Source of the DNA: Candidatus Nealsonbacteria bacterium
GTDB lineage: Bacteria > Patescibacteriota > Minisyncoccia > Minisyncoccales > DAOVPY01
Reading direction: 5' to 3'
Length of the DNA: 64,000 nt
NCBI GenBank assembly: GCA_030628945.1
Contig: DAOVPY010000002.1
Span: 87,831-151,830, forward strand
A model generated the notes under the pieces. It was not told the origin of the DNA, did no database searches, and saw nothing but the letters and a program-made list of their open reading frames with translations. Below are positions 55,320-64,000 of the stretch, piece by piece. Both the position numbers and the translations under genes were made by a program. Each line of letters begins with the position of its first letter. The stretch's first letter is position 1.

Positions 55320-55335
55320 GTCAACCCCGCAAAGT

Positions 55336-55360
55336 AAAAATCCCCAAGATGGGGATTTGT
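55336..55360 (-). terminator. acs terminator
   Basis: aaatcccc/ggggattt stem followed by a U-run on the minus strand. Confidence 0.55.
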
Positions 55361-55380
55361 TTTATATATAAATTCTACTT

Positions 55381-57378
55381 CTATTCTTTGAGCAAATTCT
55401 GTATTGCCGACTCGTCCGCCAATGTGGACAAATCGCCGAGTTCAGTGATATTTTTTTCTCCGGCGGCAATCTTTCTAAGCACCCTCCTCATAATTTTGCC
55501 GCTTTTTGTTTTGGGCAGTTTTTCTGTAAATTTAATTTCTCTAATCGTATAAATCGGCCCCAATTTTTCTCTCACATGTTTAACTAAAACTATTTGGAAT
55601 TCTTTATCCATATCAACCTCTTTTCCTAAAACTACAAAAGCGTAAAGCTCGTTGCCTTTTATCTTATGCGGTTTGCCTACCACTGCTGCTTCGGTCACAT
55701 ACTGATGAGAAATCAACGCGCCCTCTGTTTCAGCCGTAGATAGAAGATGACCGCTTACATTAATAAGGTCGTCAATTCTCCCTGTGACCCAGAAATAACC
55801 GTCTTCATCTTCAACAGCGCCGTCGCCGCTAAGATACTTTTCAAATTTATGCCAGTATGTTTTGCTAAATCTCTCCGGGTCTTTCCAGAGCCCTTTCAGC
55901 ATTCCGGGCCAGGGCCTGCTAAACATTAACTTACCCATTTCTCCGACAGAACATTGAGAACGACGCAAATCCGGTTCATTGCATTCTTCGTCGGATTCTT
56001 TATGTTTGATAATTTCCGGGACTACTCCGAAAAAAGGAAATCCCGTTGAACCCGGTTTCATTGAATGAACTCCAGGCAAAGTGGTAAGTAAAATTCCGCC
56101 GGTCTCTGTCTGCCAATAAGTATCCACTAACGAACATCTTTTCTTGCCAACATTCTCGAAATACCAAAGCCAGGATTTTGAATCAATCGGCTCGCCAACA
56201 GAACCCAACAATCGCAAACAAGACAAATCGCGCTTTTGAGTCCATTCTGTTCCTTGTTGAATCAGGTCTCTAATAACAGTGGGCGCTGTGTAGAAAATTG
56301 AGATTTTATATTTCTCTATCAGCTCCCAATATCTGTCCGGCTCGGGATAAGTGGGCACGCCTTCATACATAAACACGGTCGCGCCGCAGGACAAGGGTCC
56401 ATAGACAACGTAACTGTGTCCCGTAATCCAGCCAATATCAGCAGTGCACCAGAAGACATCGTTATCGCGGATATCAAATATGTACCACATAGTAGTGTTG
56501 ACGTAAACCAAATATCCGCCCGTGGTATGAACAACTCCTTTAGGTTTGCCTGTAGAGCCGCTCGTGTACAACAGAAATGAAATATCATCGGCGCTCATTC
56601 TCTCCGGCGCGCATTCTACCGGAAAATCATAGTCATAAAATTCCATTTCTTGCTCCCACCAGGAGTAAACCGGCTTTTGGCATTCCGCGCAACAAGGAAG
56701 GTGCGTTTCTTTGTCTATTCGTTTCACCACTATTACGGTCTCAACGCTGTGGCAATCTTTTATCGCTTCTTTCGCTATTTCCAAAGAATCTTTGATTTTT
56801 CCTGCCCGGTAATAACCATTGGCTGTTACCAACATTTTCGCTTCAGCGTCCTGAATTCTTATCTTTACCGCTTCCGCGCTGATGCCGCCAACAATTACGG
56901 TATGAATCGCGCCAATCTTTGCGCAGGCAAGCATTGCTATCGGCAGTTCCGGAATCATTGGCAAATAAAGCGCTACCCTGTCCCCCTTTTCAACCCCGAA
57001 ACGTTTAAGCGTGTGAGCAAACCGATTAACTTGTTGCTTTAATCCGTCATAAGTAAATGTCCTTACATCCTCATCTGGCTCGCCCTGCCAAATAATTGCT
57101 AATTTTTCCGGCTGAATCTCTGCCCAGCGATCTACACAGTTATGACAGATATTAAGTTCTCCGTTAACAAACCACTTATAAAAAGGCGGATTTGTTTCGT
57201 CTAAAACCTTATCCCATTTTTTGAACCAATCCAATGCTTCTGCTTGTTTTCCCCAAAATTTTTCCGGGTTTTTAATACTCTCTCTATAAAGCCGTTCGTA
57301 CTCGTCTACGGATCGAATCCAGGGCATCCTTCTCATAAACTCTTTCGGCGGCAAAATCGCCTCATTCTTTTCTCCCAT
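55381..57378 (-). CDS. acs: Acetyl-CoA synthetase (AMP-forming)
   Basis: 665 aa; YTSGSTGKPKG, TGD..., typical Acs N-terminus (WW...FVNGELN). Confidence 0.9.
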   Translation of the reverse strand: MGEKNEAILPPKEFMRRMPWIRSVDEYERLYRESIKNPEKFWGKQAEALDWFKKWDKVLDETNPPFYKWFVNGELNICHNCVDRWAEIQPEKLAIIWQGEPDEDVRTFTYDGLKQQVNRFAHTLKRFGVEKGDRVALYLPMIPELPIAMLACAKIGAIHTVIVGGISAEAVKIRIQDAEAKMLVTANGYYRAGKIKDSLEIAKEAIKDCHSVETVIVVKRIDKETHLPCCAECQKPVYSWWEQEMEFYDYDFPVECAPERMSADDISFLLYTSGSTGKPKGVVHTTGGYLVYVNTTMWYIFDIRDNDVFWCTADIGWITGHSYVVYGPLSCGATVFMYEGVPTYPEPDRYWELIEKYKISIFYTAPTVIRDLIQQGTEWTQKRDLSCLRLLGSVGEPIDSKSWLWYFENVGKKRCSLVDTYWQTETGGILLTTLPGVHSMKPGSTGFPFFGVVPEIIKHKESDEECNEPDLRRSQCSVGEMGKLMFSRPWPGMLKGLWKDPERFSKTYWHKFEKYLSGDGAVEDEDGYFWVTGRIDDLINVSGHLLSTAETEGALISHQYVTEAAVVGKPHKIKGNELYAFVVLGKEVDMDKEFQIVLVKHVREKLGPIYTIREIKFTEKLPKTKSGKIMRRVLRKIAAGEKNITELGDLSTLADESAIQNLLKE

Positions 57379-57394
57379 TTTTTCTTTCCTCTTT

Positions 57395-57520
57395 TTATAC
57401 TCCTTTTTCCCGTATTTCCTTTACTTCTTCTACTGAAATGCCAAGTCTCGCCGCAACTATGGTATCACAATACCCAAATTCAAATAATGCCCGTATGTCG
57501 AGTTCTTTTTGTTTTTCCAT
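57395..57520 (-). CDS. Small HTH-like ORF (41 aa) upstream of acs
   Basis: Found manually: MEKQKELDIRALFEFGYCDTIVAARLGISVEEVKEIREKGV. Promoter TTGACT, 17 nt, TAATAT at 57589-57617. Confidence 0.35.
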   Translation of the reverse strand: MEKQKELDIRALFEFGYCDTIVAARLGISVEEVKEIREKGV

Positions 57521-57764
57521 TTTTTCTTTCCTCTTTTTCCTCTTTTTTTTCTCTCCCAAAAAATTTTCAAATTGCTGTTATCTGAATTATATTACAACGC
57601 AAACCAAAAAAAGTCAACCCTATACGCCTAAAAACCCCATTACAAACTAATCCGATCGGATTAGTTTGTAATGGGACAAAAAAGATGTTTCTGCAAACAC
57701 CCGGTGTTTGCAGAGTGTTTGTAAATAAATTTAAAAACAGGAACTACGTTCCTGCTTCTTCTGT

Positions 57765-58112
57765 TTATTGCTTTTTTATTAATTCCATTCTCAATCCTTT
57801 TGAGCTACGCCTGTCATAATCCATTTTGCGGGCGACAAGATCAAAACCGTGATATGGGCCCTCGCAGGATAACAAATCTTTATTTTCCCGCATTACTTTA
57901 GCGACCCTATCCAAGCTTAGTATGTTTTTCTTTTTTGATTTTCTCCCGATGGCCTTCTTAACCACATCAATATCTTCCAAAACGCTTTCTATTATCAATA
58001 TCATATTGGTTGGCGCGCATTTCGGGAATTCATCCAACATTTCTTCAAAAAACGCTTCTACATTCTCTTTTAAATGGGTCCTCTCCTCTGGCTTACAACA
58101 TCTTTGTGGCAT
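57765..58112 (-). CDS. Hypothetical protein
   Basis: 115-aa ORF followed by three hairpins. Confidence 0.4.
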   Translation of the reverse strand: MPQRCCKPEERTHLKENVEAFFEEMLDEFPKCAPTNMILIIESVLEDIDVVKKAIGRKSKKKNILSLDRVAKVMRENKDLLSCEGPYHGFDLVARKMDYDRRSSKGLRMELIKKQ

Positions 58113-58161
58113 TTTTTCTCTCCTGTTTTTTTTGTTTTCTTATATTTCCTCTATTCTGTTT

Positions 58162-58389
58162 TTAATTCCCTCCTTTTTCTTTTTCCTTTTCTTCCTTGCA
58201 GGCCTTGCCACATCTTCTATAAAGCGTTTCTCTTGCCTCTTTATCTGATAAACCATATTTTTTTAACCTCTCTATGAGACTAAATATAAATCCATCTACT
58301 GCTTTTCCTTTATCTATCTCAAAGAGAGCTTTCTCCCTTGCTTTTCTTGCTCTTTCTCCCATTGTTTCTTCCTCCACTTCTTTTACCAT
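58162..58389 (-). CDS. Hypothetical small charged protein
   Basis: 75-aa ORF. Confidence 0.35.
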   Translation of the reverse strand: MVKEVEEETMGERARKAREKALFEIDKGKAVDGFIFSLIERLKKYGLSDKEARETLYRRCGKACKEEKEKEKGGN

Positions 58390-58448
58390 AAATCAAAATA
58401 CTTGTCAAGGGGCATTGCTTAACCGAGTTAAGCAACGCCCCTTTAATT

Positions 58449-59066
58449 TTAGAATAGCAAAGGCATTCCGGTGATTAAAACAAAAAGCGGTTCCAGAATA
58501 AATGGAATGCCGATATAAATCATAAAGAAAATTACTCCAAGCAGCAAAAGAAGGCCATTTTGAGAAAGAAAAATTTTTGTTTGCTCGGACAAGGGAAGAA
58601 TCGCAAAAAGAATATGATGGCCGTCTAACGGCGGAATGGGCATTAAATTAAACACGCCCAGAATAAGATTAATCCAGACAAAAAAACTAAAAAAGAAAAA
58701 GAGCGCCGGGTTGGATATAACAATAAAACGCAATAAAAGCCCGACTATAAGAGCCATCATAAAATTAGAAGCCGGGCCTGCCAAAGCAACTAAAGCCGGA
58801 CCGTATTTTTGATTTCTAAGATTATAGGGATTAAAAGGCACTGGCTTGCCCCAGCCAATTCCAACAATAAAAAGAAGAATCGTCCCCAGAGGATCCAAGT
58901 GGGCCAAAGGATTGATAGTTAAGCGGCCCTGCTCTTTTGCAGTTGGGTCGCCCAGAAAATAAGCTGTCCACGCGTGAAAATATTCATGCAAACTCAAGGC
59001 AAGCAAAATCGCCGCTGCCACTATAACAAACATCAAAGGATTAACAAAAAGAAGTTGAATAAGCAT
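58449..59066 (-). CDS. Site-2 protease family (M50) zinc metalloprotease
   Basis: HEYFHAWTA (HExxH) in a TM helix; polytopic; 205 aa. Confidence 0.8.
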   Translation of the reverse strand: MLIQLLFVNPLMFVIVAAAILLALSLHEYFHAWTAYFLGDPTAKEQGRLTINPLAHLDPLGTILLFIVGIGWGKPVPFNPYNLRNQKYGPALVALAGPASNFMMALIVGLLLRFIVISNPALFFFFSFFVWINLILGVFNLMPIPPLDGHHILFAILPLSEQTKIFLSQNGLLLLLGVIFFMIYIGIPFILEPLFVLITGMPLLF

Positions 59067-59131
59067 TGAATTTAATATACCAAATATTTAAAATCTTGTA
59101 AAACTAAAAAATCTTTGTTAGGATATAACAT

Positions 59132-59353
59132 ATGGCAAAACAATGCGCTATCTGCGGCAAAAAAAGCATAATGGCCCGGAAGTTAAACAAGCTCCGGGGC
59201 AAATATAATCCGGCTCCGAAAAAAAGAAAATACCCAAACCTCCAACAGGTGCGGATTCCTTTTGATACCCAACGAAAAAACTTTAAAAAATTCGCAGGCA
59301 AACGAGTTTTGGCCTGTACACAGTGCATCAAGACCCTTTCTAAAACCAACTGA
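59132..59353 (+). CDS. rpmB: 50S ribosomal protein L28
   Basis: MAKQCAICGKK...RKYPNLQQVRI... Confidence 0.85.
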   Translation: MAKQCAICGKKSIMARKLNKLRGKYNPAPKKRKYPNLQQVRIPFDTQRKNFKKFAGKRVLACTQCIKTLSKTN

Positions 59354-59404
59354 CAAGTTGGACCAACTGACAAGTTGCGCGCGCTTGCCAGCCAAACTTT
59401 TTTA

Positions 59405-59475
59405 CGGAGTGTTGTATAACGGTATTATGCGCGCATGGGGTGCGCGCGACCCGGGTTCAACTCCCGGCACTCCGA
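59405..59475 (+). tRNA. tRNA-Pro (anticodon GGG)
   Basis: Acceptor CGGAGTG/CACTCCG, anticodon arm CGCGC-ATGGGGT-GCGCG, T arm CCGGG-TTCAACT-CCCGG. No encoded CCA. Confidence 0.8.
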
Positions 59476-59479
59476 CATA

Positions 59480-59513
59480 TTCAAAAAATCGCTTTCAAGA
59501 GCGATTTTTTGAA
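59480..59513 (+). terminator. Terminator after tRNA-Pro
   Basis: aaaaaatcgc/gcgatttttt stem flanked by A- and T-runs. Confidence 0.6.
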
Positions 59514-59688
59514 TGGTCCTGCCCGTTTCCCGAAGAATCTTCGGAAAAAAATCCAAGTGGGTGTCCGCAATTCCCGACCAAGGCCGAGAAAAATATAGGA
59601 CTCCCTCAAAAAACGTTTGATCCAGAATCTTACAGGAAAGTTATGGCAGGACCACTTTCATTATAGCAAATTTAAAAACAAAAAACAA

Positions 59689-60951
59689 TTACTCGTATCT
59701 TAGCGCTTCAATCGGAGAAAGCCGCGCCGCCTTGCGCGCGGGATAGATTCCGAAAATCAAACCGATTATAAAAGCCATGCCAAAAGCCAAACCGACCGCG
59801 GGCAGAGAAATGCTGAAATTCCATCCTACGTCTAATAAATTATTCAGAACAACATAACCAAGATAAGAGCCAAGAATGCCAAAGATTATGCCGATTATTC
59901 CGCCGACAACAGTCAAAACCACGGACTCTATGAGAAACTGCTCTAATATGTCTTTCTTGCGGGCGCCGACCGCTTTTCTAAGGCCGATTTCCCTGGTTCT
60001 TTCCGTTACAGATACCAGCATAATATTCATTATGCCGATGCCGCCGACCAAAAGGGCAATGGCTGCCACGCAGGAGAGAAAAATAGTGAAAACATTAGTG
60101 ACAGTAATAAGTATCTCGGCTGTTTCTTTTTGGCTCATTACCTTAAAGTCGTCTTTGCTTAAGTCATTTTCCGGATTATAGATATTATGCCTTTCCCTTA
60201 AAATCAAACGGATGTTTTCTACTGCCGCGTCTATTTTTTCTTCGCTTATGGCTTTTGCCATAATCCATCGCACATGGTCAACGCCCATTAAAAATTTTTG
60301 GGCGGTGAAGAGCGGCGTATAAACAACCTCGTCAAGATTTAGAAACATCTGAGTTCCCTGTTCCTGGGCAACGCCAACCACCCTGAGGTTGGTTTTTTTG
60401 AGCCGAATTGTTTTGCCCAAAGGGTCTTGTTCGCCGAATAAATCCTCTTTGATTTTAAAGCCCAGAACCGCTACCTTTGCTCTGCTTTTAACATCGGCTT
60501 CTGTAATGCCTCTTCCAACAGCCAAATAAACAGTGTTAATTTCCAGAAATGAAGGCGTGACTCCCATAAAAGTAATTTTCTCGTCAACGCTTTGATAAAC
60601 CGCGCGCGCTACGCCAAAAACAACCGGAGCCGCAAGTTCTATATTGGGGTCTTTTTCTATTGCCAGAGCGTCTTTGTATTTAAGCGTGGTGATTTCCATT
60701 TCTTCAATCATCCCCTGCATCATTCCCTGGCCTCCGCCTTTGGGATCCCATGTGCCCGGTTCAATAAAAATAGTATTGGAGCCCATTGAAACAATCTGGC
60801 CTACAATAAGATTTTGCGCGCTTTGGCCCAAAGATATTATCATCACCACCGAAGCAATGCCAATAATAATTCCCAGCATTGTCAGCGCGGAACGGGTTTT
60901 ATTTGTCTTTAAGCCCCTAAGGGCTGTTTGCAGAGAATCAATGAATTTCAT
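59689..60951 (-). CDS. MacB/FtsX-type ABC transporter permease
   Basis: N-terminal TM, large periplasmic domain, C-terminal FtsX-like 3-TM bundle. Start moved to MKFIDSLQTALRGL. Confidence 0.85.
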   Translation of the reverse strand: MKFIDSLQTALRGLKTNKTRSALTMLGIIIGIASVVMIISLGQSAQNLIVGQIVSMGSNTIFIEPGTWDPKGGGQGMMQGMIEEMEITTLKYKDALAIEKDPNIELAAPVVFGVARAVYQSVDEKITFMGVTPSFLEINTVYLAVGRGITEADVKSRAKVAVLGFKIKEDLFGEQDPLGKTIRLKKTNLRVVGVAQEQGTQMFLNLDEVVYTPLFTAQKFLMGVDHVRWIMAKAISEEKIDAAVENIRLILRERHNIYNPENDLSKDDFKVMSQKETAEILITVTNVFTIFLSCVAAIALLVGGIGIMNIMLVSVTERTREIGLRKAVGARKKDILEQFLIESVVLTVVGGIIGIIFGILGSYLGYVVLNNLLDVGWNFSISLPAVGLAFGMAFIIGLIFGIYPARKAARLSPIEALRYE

Positions 60952-61039
60952 AAGCCTGACACCAATACACTGATAACACACCAATGTCACTAATAAAATT
61001 ATTAGTGACATTCGCGCCAATTCGTGAATTAGTGTCGGG

Positions 61040-61750
61040 TTATTTAACTAGGCCGTCGCGGGCAAATCTTTGATGGCCAATTTTTTCATCGCTTATGAGT
61101 TTGCCATCCTTCAGTTGGATCACTCGTTTTGCCATTTCCGAAGTGTATTTTTCATGGGTAACCAGAATAATAGTATGGCCTTGATTATTTAATTCCTGTA
61201 AAACCTCCATTATTTGCTGGCCCGACTTGCTGTCTAAATTGCCTGTTGGCTCGTCAGCGAAAATTATTGAGGGATGATTAACTATTGCCCGGGCAATTGC
61301 GGCTCTTTGCTGTTCGCCGCCGGAAAGCTGGCCCGGCAGATGTTTTAAACGATGAGAAAGTCGCACTGCTTCAAGCGCTTCCTTTGCGAATTCGTCTTCT
61401 TTTTGCGAAGGAATTCCCGCGTATATTAACGGCAATTTCACGTTTTCCAAAACACTGGTCCGGGCTAAAAGATTAAAGGTCTGAAAAACAAAACCCATCT
61501 GCTTATTTCTTATCCTTGCCAATTCATCGTCAGACAAATCATTCATACTCTGTCCCCGAAATTTATAAGTTCCTGAACTGGGCCTGTCTAAAAATCCCAT
61601 AATATGCATCAAGGTTGACTTGCCGGACCCGGAAGGACCCATTATTGCCACGAACTCGCCTTCTTTTATATCAAAACTGACGCTATCCAGCGCCGTGGTC
61701 TTCACTGTATCCTGCTGATATTCTTTTGTAAGTTCGCGCGCCTGAATCAT
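61040..61750 (-). CDS. ABC transporter ATP-binding protein (MacB/LolD-type)
   Basis: GPSGSGKST, LSGGEQQRAAIARA, IIFADEPTGNLD. Confidence 0.95.
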   Translation of the reverse strand: MIQARELTKEYQQDTVKTTALDSVSFDIKEGEFVAIMGPSGSGKSTLMHIMGFLDRPSSGTYKFRGQSMNDLSDDELARIRNKQMGFVFQTFNLLARTSVLENVKLPLIYAGIPSQKEDEFAKEALEAVRLSHRLKHLPGQLSGGEQQRAAIARAIVNHPSIIFADEPTGNLDSKSGQQIMEVLQELNNQGHTIILVTHEKYTSEMAKRVIQLKDGKLISDEKIGHQRFARDGLVK

Positions 61751-63436
61751 TTACTTTTGTTTTAGAAAAGTGATAACTTTATCTCCTTTGTTTAAACCGG
61801 AAATAATTTCTATCATCCCATCGCTGCCTCTGAGGCCGGTTTCTACTTCAATTTCCTGATATTTTTCATTGTCATCAGTCAAAGGGACCCGGACTATTTT
61901 TTTGCCCTCTTTTTCCTGAATTGCTCTTTGAGGGATAATTAGCGCGTTTTCCCGCGAATCAGTAATAATAGTGATGTTTGTAGTCATGCCGGATTTTATT
62001 TTCTGCTTTTCACCATCAAAAGCTGTTAAGTCAAATCCAATGGTTGTTTTGTAATAAATTACGCCCTGAATAATTGTTTCTACGAGGTCTATCTCTATAA
62101 CTTTGCCCAAAAGTTCTTGTTCCGGAAAAGCGTCCAGCTCAATTTTTGCCAGTTGGCCCGGGTTCACTTTTCCAATATCAGCTTCGGAAATATCGGCCTT
62201 AATTTGGAATTCGCTTTTATCCATCATTATCACAACCAGAGTCCCGGCTTTTATTATTTCGCCTATTTCTCCCTGAATATTTGTAATCACTCCGTTAATC
62301 GGCGCTCTCAAAATAGTATCGCTGATTTGTTTTTGAATTAAAGACAGGTTTGCTTCGGCTTCTTTAATTTGGGCATTGAAGAGCGCGATGTCAGTTGCCC
62401 GGGGTTCGGCTTGGGCTAAAAACAATTTATCTTTAGCGGTTTGAAGAGCGCCTTGCGCTGCATTCAACGCGGTTTGCGCCACGTCTTTCTTGGCTTTGTA
62501 GGTATTGATATTTGTCTGATTGGTTATTTTAGTTGAAGAAATGGTTTGTTGGGAGTTAATGATATTAGTTAGCGCGGTATTGATGTTTATTCTTTCAGTA
62601 TCCACCAAGAGCTTGTTAGCGGAAGAAATAACATCGCGATAAGCCGGTTCTTCCATTATTTCCCGGACAGCAGTTAATGCTTGGGCAATTTCCCCAAGAA
62701 ATTGTTTGGTTTCAAAAAGAACCGTGTCAAAAACCTGATATGTCGCTGTTTCAAGTTCAGCCGCACTAAGAGAGGATTTTATTTTAAATAAATTATTTTC
62801 TATTTCGTCCCTATTCGCTTTTACTGTTATTGATTCCTGGTTGTTGATGGTAAAATAGGTTCGCTGGATTGAGTTAATTATTTGGAACGCGTTATAACTT
62901 TTGAGTTCAGAATCATTCAAATCCAAAAGAGCGTCTTCATAGGCGTGATTTAAATCTGTCTCTGCCTTGGCTTGAATGTCTTTGAGATTTTGTTGAGCGT
63001 TTTCCAAAGCGATTTCCTTATCTTCAACCGTTTTTTCCGCGTTTTTTACCGCTGTTTTGTAAATTTCAATTTGCTCCGGACTCTCGCCAGCCAAGAGCTG
63101 CTCAAATTTCGCTTGAACCAATTCCAGAGAAGCGTTTGATTGCTGTTCCTGGATGTATAAATCAGCAGGGTCTAATTTTACCAGCGTTGCTGTTGCTTTA
63201 ACCTCGTCGCCGATTTTCACAAGAATAGATTTTATTTTCCCGGCTGTTTTAAACTGCAATTCAATTTTTTTTGCCGGAGTCACCGCGCCAGTAGTAGAAA
63301 CCTCCTGAATAATGTCTCCAATTTTTACAGCAACAAAATCATAAGGCAATTCCTTTTCCGAAAAGAAATACTTATATCCGCCTATAGCTCCAACAGAAAC
63401 CAAGACAATTGCGATAAATGTTAATATTTTTTTCAT
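61751..63436 (-). CDS. HlyD/MacA-like periplasmic adaptor with a very long coiled coil
   Basis: N-terminal anchor, lipoyl/barrel segments flanking ~300 aa of coiled coil. Operon with the ABC genes. Confidence 0.8.
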   Translation of the reverse strand: MKKILTFIAIVLVSVGAIGGYKYFFSEKELPYDFVAVKIGDIIQEVSTTGAVTPAKKIELQFKTAGKIKSILVKIGDEVKATATLVKLDPADLYIQEQQSNASLELVQAKFEQLLAGESPEQIEIYKTAVKNAEKTVEDKEIALENAQQNLKDIQAKAETDLNHAYEDALLDLNDSELKSYNAFQIINSIQRTYFTINNQESITVKANRDEIENNLFKIKSSLSAAELETATYQVFDTVLFETKQFLGEIAQALTAVREIMEEPAYRDVISSANKLLVDTERININTALTNIINSQQTISSTKITNQTNINTYKAKKDVAQTALNAAQGALQTAKDKLFLAQAEPRATDIALFNAQIKEAEANLSLIQKQISDTILRAPINGVITNIQGEIGEIIKAGTLVVIMMDKSEFQIKADISEADIGKVNPGQLAKIELDAFPEQELLGKVIEIDLVETIIQGVIYYKTTIGFDLTAFDGEKQKIKSGMTTNITIITDSRENALIIPQRAIQEKEGKKIVRVPLTDDNEKYQEIEVETGLRGSDGMIEIISGLNKGDKVITFLKQK

Positions 63437-63495
63437 ATTTTTTTCTCTTTAATTCCTTAATTGTATCAAAATAAAATCTTTGCGTCCACTATTGA

Positions 63496-63551
63496 CCCCC
63501 ACACCTAAATTAGGTGTGGGGGTTGACAGATTTTACAGAATATGTTATGTT
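63496..63551 (+). promoter_or_regulatory. Palindrome-TTGACA operator-promoter (plus strand), divergent from the ABC operon
   Basis: TTGA-CCCCCACACCTA-AAT-TAGGTGTGGGGG-TTGACA, 17 nt, TATGTT. Confidence 0.45.
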
Positions 63552-63731
63552 TAAATTGTAATTGAAAAAGCACCTTGAAAGCGATTAAAAAGGAAGGAAG
63601 AATATATTTATCTGCTCGCCGAAAGGGACTTTAAACAATTGGAATCTCTTTCGGCGGACAGATGAAGATGAAGTCTCTAATGTTCGTTTAAGTTTCTCCT
63701 GACTTCAAAAAGGGGAAAAGAGGTATTAGTT

Positions 63732-63851
63732 ATGGTAGTTTGCGTTATTTGCGGGATGCGGCTCGACTTGTGGGCGCGGTGTCCAAACGGCGGTCCGGGT
63801 TCTGGTCATTTTGGCTGGGAGGAGGACACCCCTTACGACGATTGGGATTAA
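63732..63851 (+). CDS. Small Cys/Trp-rich ORF (39 aa)
   Basis: Found manually: MVVCVICGMRLDLWARCPNGGPGSGHFGWEEDTPYDDWD. Visibly more GC-rich than its flanks. Has an upstream promoter and a downstream hairpin + T-run (about 63935-63965). Confidence 0.35.
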   Translation: MVVCVICGMRLDLWARCPNGGPGSGHFGWEEDTPYDDWD

Positions 63852-64000
63852 TCTCTTTTTTTTCCTTCCTTTTTCTTTTTTTCCAGTTGAGAATCAAAGG
63901 ATTGTCGGTTGGAAAAAGAGGAAAAAATGAATTGAAAAACTCCGTTTTTTACGCGGAGTTTTTCAATTGGAACGAGCGTTGTTTTTATTTTATCGATTTT

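Noticed and set aside
59515-59653. SRP (4.5S) or 6S RNA
   Set aside because: I could not find the SRP domain IV motifs (GGAA tetraloop with a flanking AGCA-type symmetric loop) or a 6S-like central bubble by eye. Kept only as an unclassified structured-RNA candidate.
59262-59666. 134-aa plus-strand ORF, and minus-strand ORFs 59104-59373 and 59183-59395
   Set aside because: The first runs through tRNA-Pro and its terminator. The others are antisense to rpmB.

Overview
This is a 64-kb chromosomal fragment from an AT-rich, small-genome bacterium. It shows Candidate Phyla Radiation (Patescibacteria/Parcubacteria-like) hallmarks: no L30 gene between rpsE and rplO, Lys-rich extensions on many ribosomal proteins, a truncated AlaRS and a short rpoA. 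Standard genetic code; nearly every gene is on the minus strand. All calls come from reading motifs by eye; no database search was possible.

Layout:
(i) 1-22.6 kb is a phage-derived block, truncated at the left edge. In transcription order it carries a Rad52-type annealase, a PD-(D/E)XK exonuclease, a SWIM protein, a replication initiator, a 3D-domain wall hydrolase, a ParB-like protein, a HerA/FtsK-like ATPase, a tRNA-like element, tRNA-Met(CAT), a resolvase-like nuclease, a KH protein, a ParB-domain methyltransferase, small and large terminase, portal, scaffold and major capsid. No integrase or att site lies in the window.
(ii) 22.7-54.2 kb is the ribosomal super-operon: rpsL-rpsG-fusA ... 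tuf-rpsJ-rplC ... rplO-secY-adk-map ... infA-rpmJ-rpsM-rpsK-rpsD-rpoA-rplQ-rplM-rpsI. It is interrupted by three insertions. A Fic toxin/antitoxin island sits between fusA and tuf. An antisense mini-gene sits between rplC and rplD. A 6.8-kb metabolic/tRNA-modification block plus an extra ORF sits between map and rpmJ.
(iii) 54.3-64 kb carries a trypsin-like protease, acs, small ORFs, an M50 protease, rpmB, tRNA-Pro(GGG), a MacB/HlyD-type ABC exporter and a small Cys/Trp-rich ORF.

Main hunt results:
- Several families of short palindromic elements, some inserted in frame inside essential genes (rpsI, rplW, alaS), much like Rickettsia palindromic elements.
- Three 'scars' where a piece of an essential gene (rpsK 3' end, rplD 5' end, a fusA internal segment) is duplicated next to inserted DNA.
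- A complete promoter-ORF-terminator cassette antisense to the S10 operon, bracketed by a perfect 47-bp direct repeat.
- A class-I Fic/FicA module plus a Phd-like gene wedged between the two elongation-factor genes.
- A recurrent AAAGGTCGA motif upstream of many start codons.
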